64,000 nt of DNA from Lama glama (lineage: Eukaryota). This document shows, in pieces, positions 23,101 through 61,094 of this stretch; position 1 is the stretch's first letter, and every line of letters begins with the position of its first letter. A program made the translations under genes and the position numbers. The stretch spans positions 35,342,001-35,406,000 of the forward strand of contig CM052817.1 in the NCBI GenBank assembly GCA_028534125.1, given 5' to 3'. The notes beneath the pieces are model-generated. The model saw nothing but the letters and a program-made list of their open reading frames with translations. It had not been told where the DNA came from and made no database searches.

Positions 23101-26100
23101 GTGCAAATATAGACAAGCCCCCAGCCTCTTGTAACCAGGTGGCAACTCAGAAGCCCCTAGTCTATAGTAATTCTGGAGTCACCATCTCTCAAAATATTGC
23201 TGTTCCCTGAAGTAGCATCAGATCCTCTTGTCTTCTGTTTACACTCTCTCCTAGGATGATTTCATCCATCCTCTTGATATTAAATACTATCTATATGCTA
23301 ATAACTCCCCAATTTATCTGTCCAGCCCAAACATATCCAGATGTCCCCTGACATCTCTACCTGGTTTTTCATTGGCCTCTCAAATCTAACATGGTCAGAA
23401 CAAAATATTTACTATATCTCCATATCTATTCCTTTCCCTGTAATCCACTGTCAGTAAGTGACTCCTCACCCAGCAAGTTACTCAAGCCAGAAAACTGGGA
23501 ATTTTCTGTACCCTCTATTGTACCCCTACCTCCCACCCACAAGTAAAACGATATGAAATTTTGTTTTCATCCAGTTGCAAAGAGAAAATGGTTAGCAGAG
23601 AAAATGGTAAAACTGTAGGCAAATCTTTAAGATAAAAGCATTATTAGGAATAGAGGTGTCAGTTTGCCCAGAAGCTACAGAAGTAATAATTTTAACAAAG
23701 TAGATAGCTAAGAAAATAGTCTCAAAATATAAAAAGTGGAAGGGAAGGGAGGAAAAGGGAAGGGAACGGAAGGAAATGAAAAAATGAAGTAAGGAAAAAG
23801 AAAAGAAAGGAAGAATCCAATTACAGGGAGAAATGGACAGATCTACAGCTGAAATGAGGGATTTCAACATCTCTCCGTCATTTGTTTATAGGATCAAGGA
23901 GAAAAAAATCTATAGAGACACAAAAATTGAACACAATCAAATATAAAATTAAACAATTTTAGCCACATCCAAAATTTAAAATTCACATTTTTCTCAAACA
24001 CTCACAGAACAGTTACCAAAACCGACCACTTACTGGGCCATTCAGCAAGTCTTAATAAATTTTTCAAAGAAGAGGCATCATACAAACCATGCTGTCTGGC
24101 TACGTTGCAGTTAAATTAGAAGTTAATAACTAAATGATTACAATCCCTCTGCTGGTGAAATGTCATGGTGTTGCCAAAAAATGGGGAACAACCTAAATGT
24201 TCATTCATGTTTAAACTACATGTATTAAAACCATATGAATTACTTAGGTTATATAACATTGTTTAAAAAAAAGTAAAAATACTTCAAAGAATGACTAGCC
24301 AGGCTCTACACAAAGAAAACAAGGAAAGGCAAATAAAGACCCTATATTATTGTTTTTTAAAATGTTTCTGTCAAGTTCCCAAAACAAGAGTCTATAAACT
24401 TGTTTGTTAAGGGCTCAAGAGTAGCTAATGTAGGCTTTGTGGGCCACATGGTCTCTGTGCAGCTACTCAGCCCTGCTGTTGTCCTGTGAAAGCAGCCAAA
24501 GGCCGTATGTGGACAATCACACGTCTGTGTTCTTTTTTTTTCTTTAAATTTTTTCCTGGGGTGGGGGGTGGGTGGGTAGTTAGATTTATTTGTTTATTTT
24601 AATGGAGGTACTGGGGATCAAACCCAGGATCTTGTGCATGCTAAGCATGCACTCTACCACTGAGCTGTACCTTACCCCCTCCACTGCATGTCTGTGTTCT
24701 GATCCTTTGTATTGAAATCCAAATGTGCCATGAAATATTATTCTTTTTTTCCCGCCCCAAACATTTAAAAGTGTAAAAATCTTTCTTTGTGGGCTGTACA
24801 AAAAATAGACAGTGAACCAGATTTAGACTGTGGGTCATCGTTTGTCAACCTCCATCCGAGGAGAAAAGTAACTGAATTCATTGTGTATGTATTATTATCA
24901 TTCCCCAAAAGTTTCTTCTGGGAAAAATCAGCAGAATGAAAGAACCCAAAGGCATTTTTTCCTGAGGCAAGTATTCTTGAATGTCCACTGGATCATATTA
25001 ACTCTTAGTGCAAGATTAAGAGGGGAAATTAGTTCTAGGATTTTGACAAAGGAAGAAAGTTATGCAAGTGAGGCTAGCCAATGAAACTTTAATCAGTCCA
25101 TTTAAAACTTATTTTAGTGAAACATGTGTTTTAACCTACCACTCTAAGTTACTTTAGTAGCCTACTCCGACTTGCTGGCTGTACTGCTGTGTATAGCAGG
25201 TCAGGAGGCATCCGCTGTAGTACATATTTAAGATCTTTATGCTGATTCTTTGTGCTACAGAATGAATGACCCACTTGTGGAGGGTAAATATTCCCACCAA
25301 TCATTCCCCCAGTAACATCTCTCTGGTTGTTCTCAGAACTGGGTACAGTCTCACAGAGGTCTTTTATCAGAACACCTGTCCAGTGTTCAGAAATTACCTA
25401 ATTGTGCCTTTCCTGCCCCCTCAGTGGACACTTCTGAGATTTCTGCGTATGTCTTCCTTCTCTACTGTTCTTTGTAGTTGGCGGCAGCGAACCCTTCCGT
25501 TCCTATTGGGAAATGTACCTGTCCAAGGGGTTGCTGCTGATCTTTGTGGTGGATTCAGCAGATCACAACAGACTACCTGAAGCCAAGAAACACCTTCATC
25601 AACTAATTGAAACAAACCCAATCCTTCCTCTGGTTGTGTTTGCAAACAAACAGGTAAAAAAGTTGTGCAAATATAAATTGTACTCAACAGTTATATTGTT
25701 AATACAAGAATTAGAAATGTCTGTACTTGTAATAGCTAAATATTCAATAATACACTATCTGTTCAGTTCAATTTATACTAATTAGATCTGCTGGATTATA
25801 CAGTCAGCCCTTCGTGTCTGTGGATTCAACCAACCATGGATCAGGGGGAAAAAATTCCAGAAAGTTCCAAAAAGCAAAACTTGTATTTGCCACACATAGG
25901 GAAATATTTATATAGCATTTATATTGTATTTACAACTATTTACATATCATTTACATTGTACTAGGTATTATAAATAATCTGGATTTAACTGTATAGGAGG
26001 ATGTGCATAGGTTATATAGAAATACTGTGCCATTTTATGTAAGGAACTTGAGCATCCTCAGATTTTGGTATCTTCAGGGGTCTTGCAACCAATTCCCCTC

Positions 26101-29100
26101 AGATACCGAGGGACAGCTGTAAACTCCTTGAGAACAGAGACTGTCAATAACCATTGTGTCCCATATAATAACTAGTATATGGCCTTGTCCATAATAAGAA
26201 TTCAACAAATCTGTGTTGAATTTAATTCAATAAACATTTACGGATTGTTGAACTAATTTCAAAAAATTTTTTGAATGCCTACCATGTATAAAAAAGTAGT
26301 TTTAGATCAATTAGCCTGATCTGAATTTATTTCACACACATGCATTAAAATTACTAAACATTCATGTAGAAATTGAAACCCTTGTGTGGTGTTGGTGAGA
26401 ATACCAGATGGTACAGCCACTATGAAAAACAGGATGGCAATTGCTTAAAAAAAATCAAAAATAAAATTTTCGTATGGTCCAGCAATTCCACTTTTGGCTG
26501 TATAACCAGTAGAATTCAAAGTAGGCACTTAAACAGTTATTTGTATACCCATGTTCATAGCAGAAGTATTCACAGTAGCCAAAAAGTAGAAACAACCCAA
26601 GTGTCTATCCACAGATGAACAGAAACAAAATGTGGTCTATACATACAATGGGATATTATTCAGCCTTAAAAAAGAAGGAAATTCTGACACATGCTACAAC
26701 ATGGATGAACCTTGTGGACATTATGCTAAGTGAAATAAGCCAGTCACAAAAGGACAAATACTGTATGATTATACTTTCATGAGATACCTAGAGTAGTCAA
26801 ATTTATAGAGACAAAAAGTAGAACTGTGGTTGCCAGGGGCAGGGGGAAAGGAGAAATGGAGAGTTATTGTTTAATGCGTACAGAGTTTCAGTTTTACAAG
26901 TTGTTTGGAAATGGATGGTTGTACAACAGTGTGAATGTACTTAACTGTGCACTGAACTGTACACTTATAAATGGTTCATATGACAAATTTAGTTATGTGT
27001 ATTTGACCACAATAAAAAAAAGTTTAAAAACCCCCATTCAACATCTATAGCATTGTACAGGCACACTTTGTCAATACTTGGTATTGTCAAACTTTTTCAT
27101 TTTTGCCAGTCTCATGGGGATGAAATTTTACCTCATTCTAATTTGCATTTCCTTAATTACTCGTGAGCTTGAACATTTTTTGAGATGTTCACTGGTTATT
27201 AGTTTCAAATGAGTTTTATTCTTTGAAATGAATTTCCATATCTGTAAATTTTTTTTTTAATATTTTTCCCCAAATTCCTGTTAGGGTGCTTATCTTTCCT
27301 CATTTGAGTTGTAGGGAGTCTCATCTTTTGGAAAAACAATCCTTTGTCAGTTACATACATTACAAATATCTTCCCCAGCAACCTATTGGTTTATCATTGT
27401 ACTTTGTTTATGGTTCCCTTTTTTATACATAGGTTTTCATTTTTAATAATCAGATTTGTCAATACTTTCCTTTGTGGTTTATATCTCTTCATCAAATGAA
27501 ATAAACAGAGCCATTCAGTGTCAAGTTTATAACTTTTACTGGGTTTAATAATGAAAGGTTTGGATACTCTAGTTCAAGGGTAATCTATATTTACTGATAC
27601 TCCTTGGCCAAAGTAATCTATGCTTTTAGATGACTCACTGGTTTAAGTTATAAGTATTTTTTAAAAGTCATCTTACTATCTTTACTCTTTAAGTCATGAC
27701 CTCTATTAAGGCACAGTTATGTAAGAGTGGGCTATACCGGATATTTATCCCTGATGTGCTTTTATCATTACAGAGAGCCCCTCCTCCCATCCAACACCCT
27801 TTCTCTCCTATTGTCTTCTCGAATTCCCGCAGTGAATTTTTTAGGCTCAAGACATTGTCCACATGTTACTGGATTCATGAGCACAGTTGTGAAATTCACT
27901 GCAGGCTCTAGGACTAAATGAATTCAGTTTTCATACAGGCAATATGTTAGGATGACCAGAAAGGTATAACACATCAGGAAAAGCCTCACAGGCTCCCAGT
28001 GATGGAATCTGATAGGTTCATAGTGGTACAAGAAAAAATAATGCAATATTGGAACACTTCCAGAGATTTTTAAATGATCCCCTAAAACTTAGGGAAAACA
28101 CTATAAAACAACAAAAGGCCAATTACAAATGCAATTTTAAGAGCAAAAATGCTTAAGCTTTTGCAAAAGTCTTAAAAATTATAACTGAATCTGTGTGTAT
28201 ATTTAGGAAATGGAATATCAGAGGTTATTTGCATAAATAATTCTTGTTGTGTAAGAGGCAAAGAAATATGTTTTGACCTTAGCATTTTGACCTCAAGGAG
28301 GTTTTGACCTTGGCATGCAGCATAAGCACACGTTTTCTTTCTCCTCATTTTAATCTCTCCTCTCTCTGCCTCTCTCTGTGGATTTTCCTCCTTTAAGCCT
28401 TTCCCACTTCTCCCTCTTGTCCTTGTTCTCTCCACCTGTTCCTCCTCTCTTGGTCTCTGTCACCCACTAGTCCACTTTCTAAATTCACTGCCTCCCTGAT
28501 CCTGTCTCCGTCTTCCTCTACCCCTCCAAATTTGATCCATAATTTTTTGTTCAGTGGAAATAATGGTCACAAAAGAAAACTCACATTTGGCAAAAAATAT
28601 GGACACAAACCAATTAATGAATCAAATTTCTATTGTTAAGACAAATTAAAAGTAATTGATCCTTTTGAGAATAATCTTGGGAAAATAAAGACAAAATGGA
28701 AAAACAAAATTAGAAGCAGATTGACTGCTCTGTTTAGGAAATTGATTAAGGTATTGTATCAGCTTAACTTTATTTCAGAAAATACTTTTTTGATGGTAAC
28801 TCATAAATGCTGGTATAATTCTGATGAAAATCCTTATATTCAAACAACCACTAGGATCATAATAATGGGGTTACAATATCCTCCATATTACAATGGGGGT
28901 GGGGTCATTGAGAGCAATAAAGGAGAGTAGTAAATGTATTTATCCAAAAAGATTGCAAAATGACCAACTTTTTCTCAATTCTTTTCCCACTCTTGGTGAA
29001 GGATCTTGAAGCAGCCTATCACATTACAGATATTCATGAAGCTTTGGCATTATCTGAGGTGGGAAATGACAGGAAGATGTTCTTGTTTGGAACCCAGGTG

Positions 29101-29181
29101 ACTGAGAATGGCTCAGAGATACCCTCTGTCATGCAAGATGCCAAAGACCTGATTGCACAGCTGGCTGCAGACATGCACTGA
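19450..29181 (+). CDS. ARL9: ADP-ribosylation factor-like GTPase 9, 263 aa; join(19450..19722,22612..22774,25478..25653,29002..29181)
   Basis: K/E-rich N-terminus, then Arf-like domain: P-loop GLDGAGKT, PTQGF, EIGGS, ANKQD; splice phases consistent; lies between SRP72 and THEGL. Confidence 0.96.
20313..20615 (+). mobile_element. L1M 3' UTR fragment
   Basis: agtcacaaaaagacaaat...aatggttaagatggtaaattttatg...A-tail. Confidence 0.75.
22312..22344. repeat. (GATA)n microsatellite
   Basis: tagatagatagatagatagatatagatagata. Confidence 0.9.
22612..22774 (+). CDS. ARL9: ARL9 exon 2 (P-loop, switch I)
   Basis: tgcag|GAGAAA...GAGA|gtaagg; EKNKQILVLGLDGAGKTS. Confidence 0.96.
24400..24855. mobile_element. 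MER58-like hAT MITE interrupted by a SINE
   Basis: ggctttgtgggccacatggtctctgt...gaaagcagcc; terminus gtttgtcaacctcc. Confidence 0.65.
24534..24685 (-). mobile_element. tRNA-derived SINE (Vic-1-like) with TSD gtctgtgttct
   Basis: Reverse-strand SINE head and body; TSD at 24523-24533 and 24690-24700. Confidence 0.85.
25478..25653 (+). CDS. ARL9: ARL9 exon 3 (IGGSEPFRSYWEMY...FANKQ)
   Basis: tgtag|TTGGCG...AAACAG|gtaaaa. Confidence 0.96.
25801..26119. mobile_element. MER2-like Tigger MITE with TA TSD
   Basis: ta|cagtcagcccttcgtgtct ... agataccgagggacagctg|ta terminal inverted repeats. Confidence 0.8.
26365..27022 (+). mobile_element. L1MB-type 3' end
   Basis: L1 ORF2 C-terminal/3'UTR motifs (acatggatgaacctt...cattatgctaagtgaaataagccagtcac), A-tail. 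Confidence 0.8.
29002..29181 (+). CDS. ARL9: ARL9 exon 4 CDS (DLEAAYHITD...AADMH*)
   Basis: gtgaag|GATCTT...CAC TGA. Confidence 0.95.
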   Translation, partial: DLEAAYHITDIHEALALSEVGNDRKMFLFGTQVTENGSEIPSVMQDAKDLIAQLAADMH

Positions 29182-29263
29182 TCAGGCCCAGGCCCACTGC
29201 GAGGCTCATGATTTGAATGTCACCAAGGAGTGGCCATCTGGAAGCCAAATGTTTCCACTTTCA

Positions 29264-29503
29264 AATAAAAAATAAGCCATTTCCTATTTTCTCAATGTGC
29301 GGCATATATACATATATAAAATAATGTTAATTGATTAAGAGCATCTCTTTATTTAGATTTTGAACTTTAAAAATATTGGTAAAATAATGTATTTGGGGGG
29401 ATTGGATTTTTAATCAATAAAATTAAAGTGAACATTAGCAAGCATTCATCCCATTTGTAGTTTTTTCAATGACATGGGATTTATATTAAAATATTTTAAT
29501 AAA
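29264..29503 (+). terminator. Cluster of AATAAA poly(A) signals for ARL9 (29264, 29416, 29498)
   Basis: Three AATAAA within ~330 nt of the stop codon. Confidence 0.55.
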
Positions 29504-29859
29504 CTCCTCTTCTCAAGTAAAAATCCTATCTTTCCTTTAAGTGGGTCCATTTAACATTGTAGGGAAAGAAATATTAGGATAGGGCAATGAGAAAGTAAAT
29601 ACTTTCACACCCGTATAGACGTATACATGAATGGCATTCAGAAAAATTTAGGAAAGGCTTCTTTTTAAAGAAACTGTTACACTAAATGAGGAACACTGGG
29701 GATTTATTTTTTTAAATTCTTGACATTTTGTGTTTTTTTATATGGATAAGCTTTCTTTACTAGAAATACTTTGTAAGGGTGATAACTCTATTTACCTACA
29801 GCCATGCTATAAATCCAACTTTTAATCTTAGTGTCTTGTCTTGATTTTTTTTGTTTTTA

Positions 29860-32800
29860 AAGACTTCTGGTCCAGCATGTAAGTAGCTTGGAAGCCACCA
29901 TTTCATCCTAACAAGTAAAAAGCTGAATAGACTGAACAATCAACATTGGAGAGACCAACAGGAGAATACAGAGAATAACAATTTACCAGAGCAGAGACCC
30001 ATAACAGGAAACTGCCCGTGGGAAGCAATGCCAGAGTATAAACACCAGGACTGTAAGTGATGAATTGTTGGATGATCAAAGTTGATTACTCTGAAGGTTA
30101 AAAACTCCAGGGGATTGGGAGGGTATAGCTCAGTGCACAAGATCTTGGGTTCAGTCCTCAGTACCTCCATTAAAAAAAGAGAAAAAATTCAAGGTAACCT
30201 GGTCATAAGCGGGTCCCAAATTTTGTGAGATTTACCTCTAGGATCTCAACCAGATACCTGCAATAAATATTAGAGGAAAATCCCCTGGTGCTTCCAAGGG
30301 AGAAGGAAAAAAAATTTTTTTAAATACATCAGATCACTCTGTCCTTAACAAGGTCTGCCCTCAGAGAAAACTAGTTAACCAGAACCTAGCCTGCTGGGAT
30401 ATTACCAGAGCCTAACTGACCTGGCGGAAGGGAAATAGCCAACTCCAGCCCACTCTAGCCATCCTGTCCCACCTAAAGGTGGAGAAAACTAAGACAGAAG
30501 TGTGAAATTTGCAGTCCAGAGGCACAGAGTCACTAAAAGACTGAGACATAATCTTAGGACTATAGAGCACTCCCCTCCTGCCACACCTCACCACCGCATT
30601 ACTAAAGGTTTGTTATACAGCAGTTCTTTTTCACTGTACATCATGCCTGGCTATCAAGAAAAATTACAAGACATACTAAAAGGCAAAAAACACAAACGAG
30701 ATAGAGCAAGCACTGTACAGAAATGAAGAATGTGTTTGATGGGCTTATTAATACAGCTGAGGAAAAAAATATCTGAGCTTGAGGTTATCTCAATAGAAAC
30801 CTCCAAAACTGAAAATCAAAGAGAACAAAGGTTCTGGAAAAAACAGAACAGAATATCCAAGGACTGTGGGACAACTACAAAAGTTGCAATATGTGTGTAA
30901 TGGGAAACCAGAAAGAGAGGAAAGAAAGGAACAGAATAAATATTTGAAACAATAATGACTGAGCATTTCTCCAAATTAATGTCAGACACCAAACCACAGA
31001 CCCCAGAAGCTCAGAAAACACCAAACAGGATAAATGCCCAAAAACTGCCCATAGGCATATCATTTTTAAGCTACAGAAAATCTAAAATGAAGGAAAAATC
31101 TAGAAAGAAGCCAGAGGAAAAACCTTACCTGTAGAGGATCAAAAAGAATTACATTAGACTTCTCAGAAACTATGCAAGCAAGAAGAGAGTGGAGCAAATT
31201 ATTTATAGTGTTGAGAGGAAAACCCATCAACTTAGACTTCTGTATCCTGTAAAATCCTTCAAAAGTGAAGGAGAAAGACTTTCTTAGACAAACAAAAATT
31301 GAGGGAATTTGTTGCCAGTACTTCTGCTTTGCAAGAAATGTTAAAAAGAAGTTCCTCTAAAGAACTAATGATGTAGGTCAGAAATTTGGATCTACATAAA
31401 GAAAGGAAGAAGTGAAGGTAAAATTAAAGCTTTTGTTTTTCTTATTCTTAATTGAGCTAACAGATTACAGTCTGTTCAAAATAATAATAGAAACTATATT
31501 TGACTATGTATGCTTATGTATGTTATGCATGCATATATGTATATCAATGATATGATAGCAATAATACAAGGTGTGAGAGGGAGGAATTAGGATTATTCTG
31601 TTATTATAAGGCAGTGTCACTATCCATGAAATGGTATAGTGTTGTTTGAAGGTAGACTTGGATTTGTTGTTAATATATATTGCAAACTCTAGGACAGTCA
31701 CTAAGAAAATAAAAGAAATTATAACTGATAAGCAAAGAAAGGAAAGAAAATGAAATCAAGTAAAATGCTCAATTAAAACCACAAAAGGTAGACAAAGAGT
31801 AGAAGATAAACAAAGAACAAAGACAACAAATAGAAAACAGTAACAAATATGATAGCTATTAATCCAACTAAATCAATAATAACTTTGAAGGTCAGTGGTC
31901 TAAAGGCACCAATTAAGAGAGATTTGTCAGAGTGGATCAAAGATCCAACTATATGTTGCCTACGAGAAACTCACTTTAAATATAAAAAGACATTAGATTA
32001 AAGCCAAATGAATGGAGACACTAATGCTAACACTAATCAAAAGAAAGCAGAAATAGCTATATTAATTTCAGACAGAGAAGACTTCAGAGTAAGGGAAGTT
32101 ATCAAGGATAAGGAGAGGAATTATACCTAATGCACAAGCTATAAAATAAAAAATAAACAAGTGGGACTACATCAACCTAAAAAGCTATACAGCAAAAGAA
32201 ACCATCAACGAAATGAAAAAAGAACCAACGGAATGGGAAAAAATATTTGCAGACCATATATCTGATAAGGGGTTAATATTCAAAATATATAATGAACTCA
32301 TACAACCCAATAGCAAAAACAAACAATTAAAAAATGGGCAATGGACCTGAATAGACATTTCTTCCAAAGAAGATATGTGTATGGCCAACAAGTGCATGCA
32401 TGAAAAGATACTCAACATCACTTATCTTTAGGGAAATTCAAATTAAAACAACGATGATGTATCCCCTCATGCCTATTAGGCCATCATCAAAAAGACAAAA
32501 GATAACTAATGCGAGCCTGGATGTAGAGAAAAGGGAAACTTTGTGTACTGTTGGTGGGATTGTGAATTGGTACAGGCAGTATGGAAAACAGTATAGAGAT
32601 TACTCGAAAAATTAAAACTAGAACTACCATATGATCCAGCAATTCTATTTCTGAGAATATATCCAAAGGAGATGAAAACACTGACTCAAAAAGCTGTCTG
32701 CACCGCCATGTTCCTAATAATTTATGATAGCCAAGACATGGAAACAACTGACATGTCCATTGATGGATAAATGGATAAAGAATTTGTAGTATACACATAC

Positions 32801-33440
32801 ATACAATAGAACATGATTCAGCCATTAAAAAAAAAAATAAGGAAAGCCTATCATTTGGAACAACATGGGTGGACCTTGAAGACATTATGCTAAGTAAAAT
32901 AAGTCAGACAAAAAATACTGTATGATCTTAGTGAAATATGGAATTTGAAAGAACACCAAACTCAAGAAAAATAAATCAGATTTGTGGTTACATGTGGGGG
33001 TGTGATTAGAGGAAGGTGGTCAAAACATACAAACTTACAGTTATAAGATAAATAAGTACTAGGGATGGACCGTACAACATAATAACTAGTTACCACGGCT
33101 GTATGATATATAGGAAAGAAGAGAGTAGATCCTAAGGGTTCTCACCACAAGGAGAAATTTTTTTTCTATTCTTTTTATTATATCACTATGAGATGATGGA
33201 TGTTAACTAAGCCTTTTGTGGTGAGTCATTTTACAATATATGTAAGTCAAGCCAAGATGTTGTACACCTTAAACATACAGTGATGTGTATCGATTATTTC
33301 TCAATAAAACTGAAAAAATAAAATATTATAATTTTTTAAAAGACGGGAATAACAATGATAAAGGGGTCAACTCTCCAGGAAGATACCATGATCCTAAACG
33401 TGAATGTGCTTAAAAATAGTGTTAAAATAAGCGAGGCAAA
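29860..33440 (+). mobile_element. Old L1 (5'UTR/ORF1/ORF2 start) with a younger L1 3' end (~32130-33320) and a SINE (~30115-30190) nested inside
   Basis: Decayed ORF1/endonuclease sequence; the old L1 resumes at ~33340 (atgataaaggggtcaactctccaggaagatacc). Confidence 0.75.
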
Positions 33441-33720
33441 AACATCTCAGATCGAGAGCCCGCCCCCTTTCTCGGCGGACTGACTATGGCTCTTCTCAGA
33501 GCACGGGGCCACCGCGGGCCCCTGCAGCGCCGCGCGTCCCCTTGGCAACGGGAGAACGTGCAGGGGGGGTCCAGAGGCGGGGCTTGTCGGGCACAGGCTG
33601 CGTCCAGGAGGGGCGCGCTGCGGCGGGCGCGGGCGGCCCGCCCATCCCGCCCATCCCGCCCCCCTCCCACGGAAAGCGAACAAACCCCGGCCGTTGGCCC
33701 GCAGGAGCTTCTGGGCATCA

Positions 33721-59085
<25,365 letters not shown>

Positions 59086-59946
59086 TGAAGTTTTTTTAAA
59101 CTCTCTCCCCTGTGCCTAAGGTATCTGTCAGGATTTGATGACAGAAGCAGAGCCAGTATGAGTAATATAGATTTAGCCTTAGGCAATCGTGGGAGCTGAT
59201 GGAGATGTCTTTGGAAAACTGTTATGGCAGCTGGGACTTGGGTCTGGTCATAGAACTAGAAGCAATGAGAGAGAGTAGGGTAGGTCAGCAGTTCCCTGGA
59301 AGGTATTTACTTCAGGGGAAGCCGTTATAGGTTCTTTAGGCAAGGGGTGTCTAGCCTCCTCAGGAAGGGGAGGAAGGGCTGATTTTATCGGTAAGGAAGG
59401 CTCTGCAGTAAGCAGGAGTTTAAAGTACCCAGCTTCATTGCCTGTATGTTCCCGGTCCGATTTTCATGGTCCCATTCCTTCCCATTCATTGCTCTAAGTT
59501 TAATATAGGAGACTATGTAACTTTGGGAATTCAATTTGCACTATAATTTGCTACTCACAAAATTAGATTTTGAGTTTGGTTTTCAGAATTTTCAGTCCTT
59601 TGACCACAGAAGATAAGAGTTTCTTCTGGGTAAGTCACACAAACTTTCTGGTCCCTTAACTGTACTTTAAGGTGAAAATTTAAAGGCCTGAGCTGATCAT
59701 TTCTTTCCTCAAGTTGTCCGGTGCATTAGAAGCAGTGAGCCAATCCCACTATACTTCTTTATTTCACTAAAATGATCTCTGTTAGCAGCTGTCTGGCCAC
59801 CCAAATCTTGCTTTCTGTTTTGCCAGTGCATGCCATGGACTACCAGGTCTTTTTAACTTTTTTTTTAAACCACTGGCAATAAGATCATTAATACCTTTAA
59901 ATCTAATTAACTGAGAAAACAAATTCTAGATAGTCTAGAACCAATA

Positions 59947-61074
59947 CAGGTATACCTTAGAGATATTGTGGGTTTGGTCCTAGACCACCCCAAGAAAGCA
60001 AAAATTACAATAAAGCAAGTTACACGAATTTTTTGGTTATATATTATAAACATAACATACAAAAGTTATGTTTATACTACTGTAGTCTTTTAAGTGTGCA
60101 ATAGCAGTTTGTCTGAAAAAACAATGTACATACCTTAATTTAAAAAATACTTAACGCAGATTCCTGGGCTCACCACAAGCTGCATCTGACTGCCAGGAAT
60201 CTGGGCCCAGGAGTCTACATTTTGATCAATTTTCTAGGTTCTTCCCAAATCCCTTAGAGACTTGCTGGGGTCCCTGTCCCTAAGACCACACTGTGACTTT
60301 CATGGGTGACTTTTATGGGCCCTACTCACTTGGTTTTGGGGTTTTTTTTCCCTATATTTTTGTTGAAGTACAGTCAGTCTGCAATGTTGTGTTGGTTTCT
60401 GGTGTGCAGCATAGTGTTTCAGTCGTGCATATCATGCATACATTTATTTTCATATTCTTTTTCATAATAGGTTGCTGCAGGATGTTGAGTATAGTTCCCT
60501 GTGCTATACAGTATAAACTTACTGTTTATCTATTTTATGTGTAGTGGTTGGTATTTGCAGATCTTGAACTCCCAGTTTGGCTCTCCCCACCCCCTTTCCC
60601 CTCCGGTAACCATCAGTTTTCTATGTCTGCCTACTCACTTGCTTTTGTAGGCCACTTCCTTCATCAAATATACATTTAATATTTTATGACTTTATCAGTG
60701 CAAATATGATTATATTAATGAATATTACATATTAAAACATTCCCCCCAAAATAAAATAAAAATTAAAAAATATTTTACTGCAAAAATTACTAACCATCAA
60801 CTGAGCCTTCAGTGAGTTGTAATCTTTTTGCAATAGTAGCATCAAAGATCACTGACCACAGATCAGCATAATATAATAATAAAGGAAAAGTTTGAAATAT
60901 TGTGAGAATTACCCAGATGTGACACAGAGGCACAAGGTGAGCAAATGCTGTTGGGAAAATGGTGCTGATAGACTTACTTGATGCAGAGTTGCCACAAACC
61001 TTCAGTTTGTAAAAAAAAACGCAGTATCTGCAAAGTGCAATAAAGAGAAGTGCAAATAAAGCGAGATATGCCTG
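59947..61074. mobile_element. Tigger2a-like DNA transposon interrupted by nested inserts
   Basis: ta|caggtatacctt...gagatattgtgggtttggtcc at the start; aataaagcgagatatgcctg at the end. Confidence 0.75.
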
Positions 61075-61094
61075 AACAGAGAACTCATCCTTAA

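Noticed and set aside
32185..32885. ORFs resembling reverse-transcriptase C-terminal sequence (similar ones at 46497, 53824-56152, 63241)
   Set aside because: Fragments of decayed L1 elements with many stops and frameshifts; not host genes or active elements
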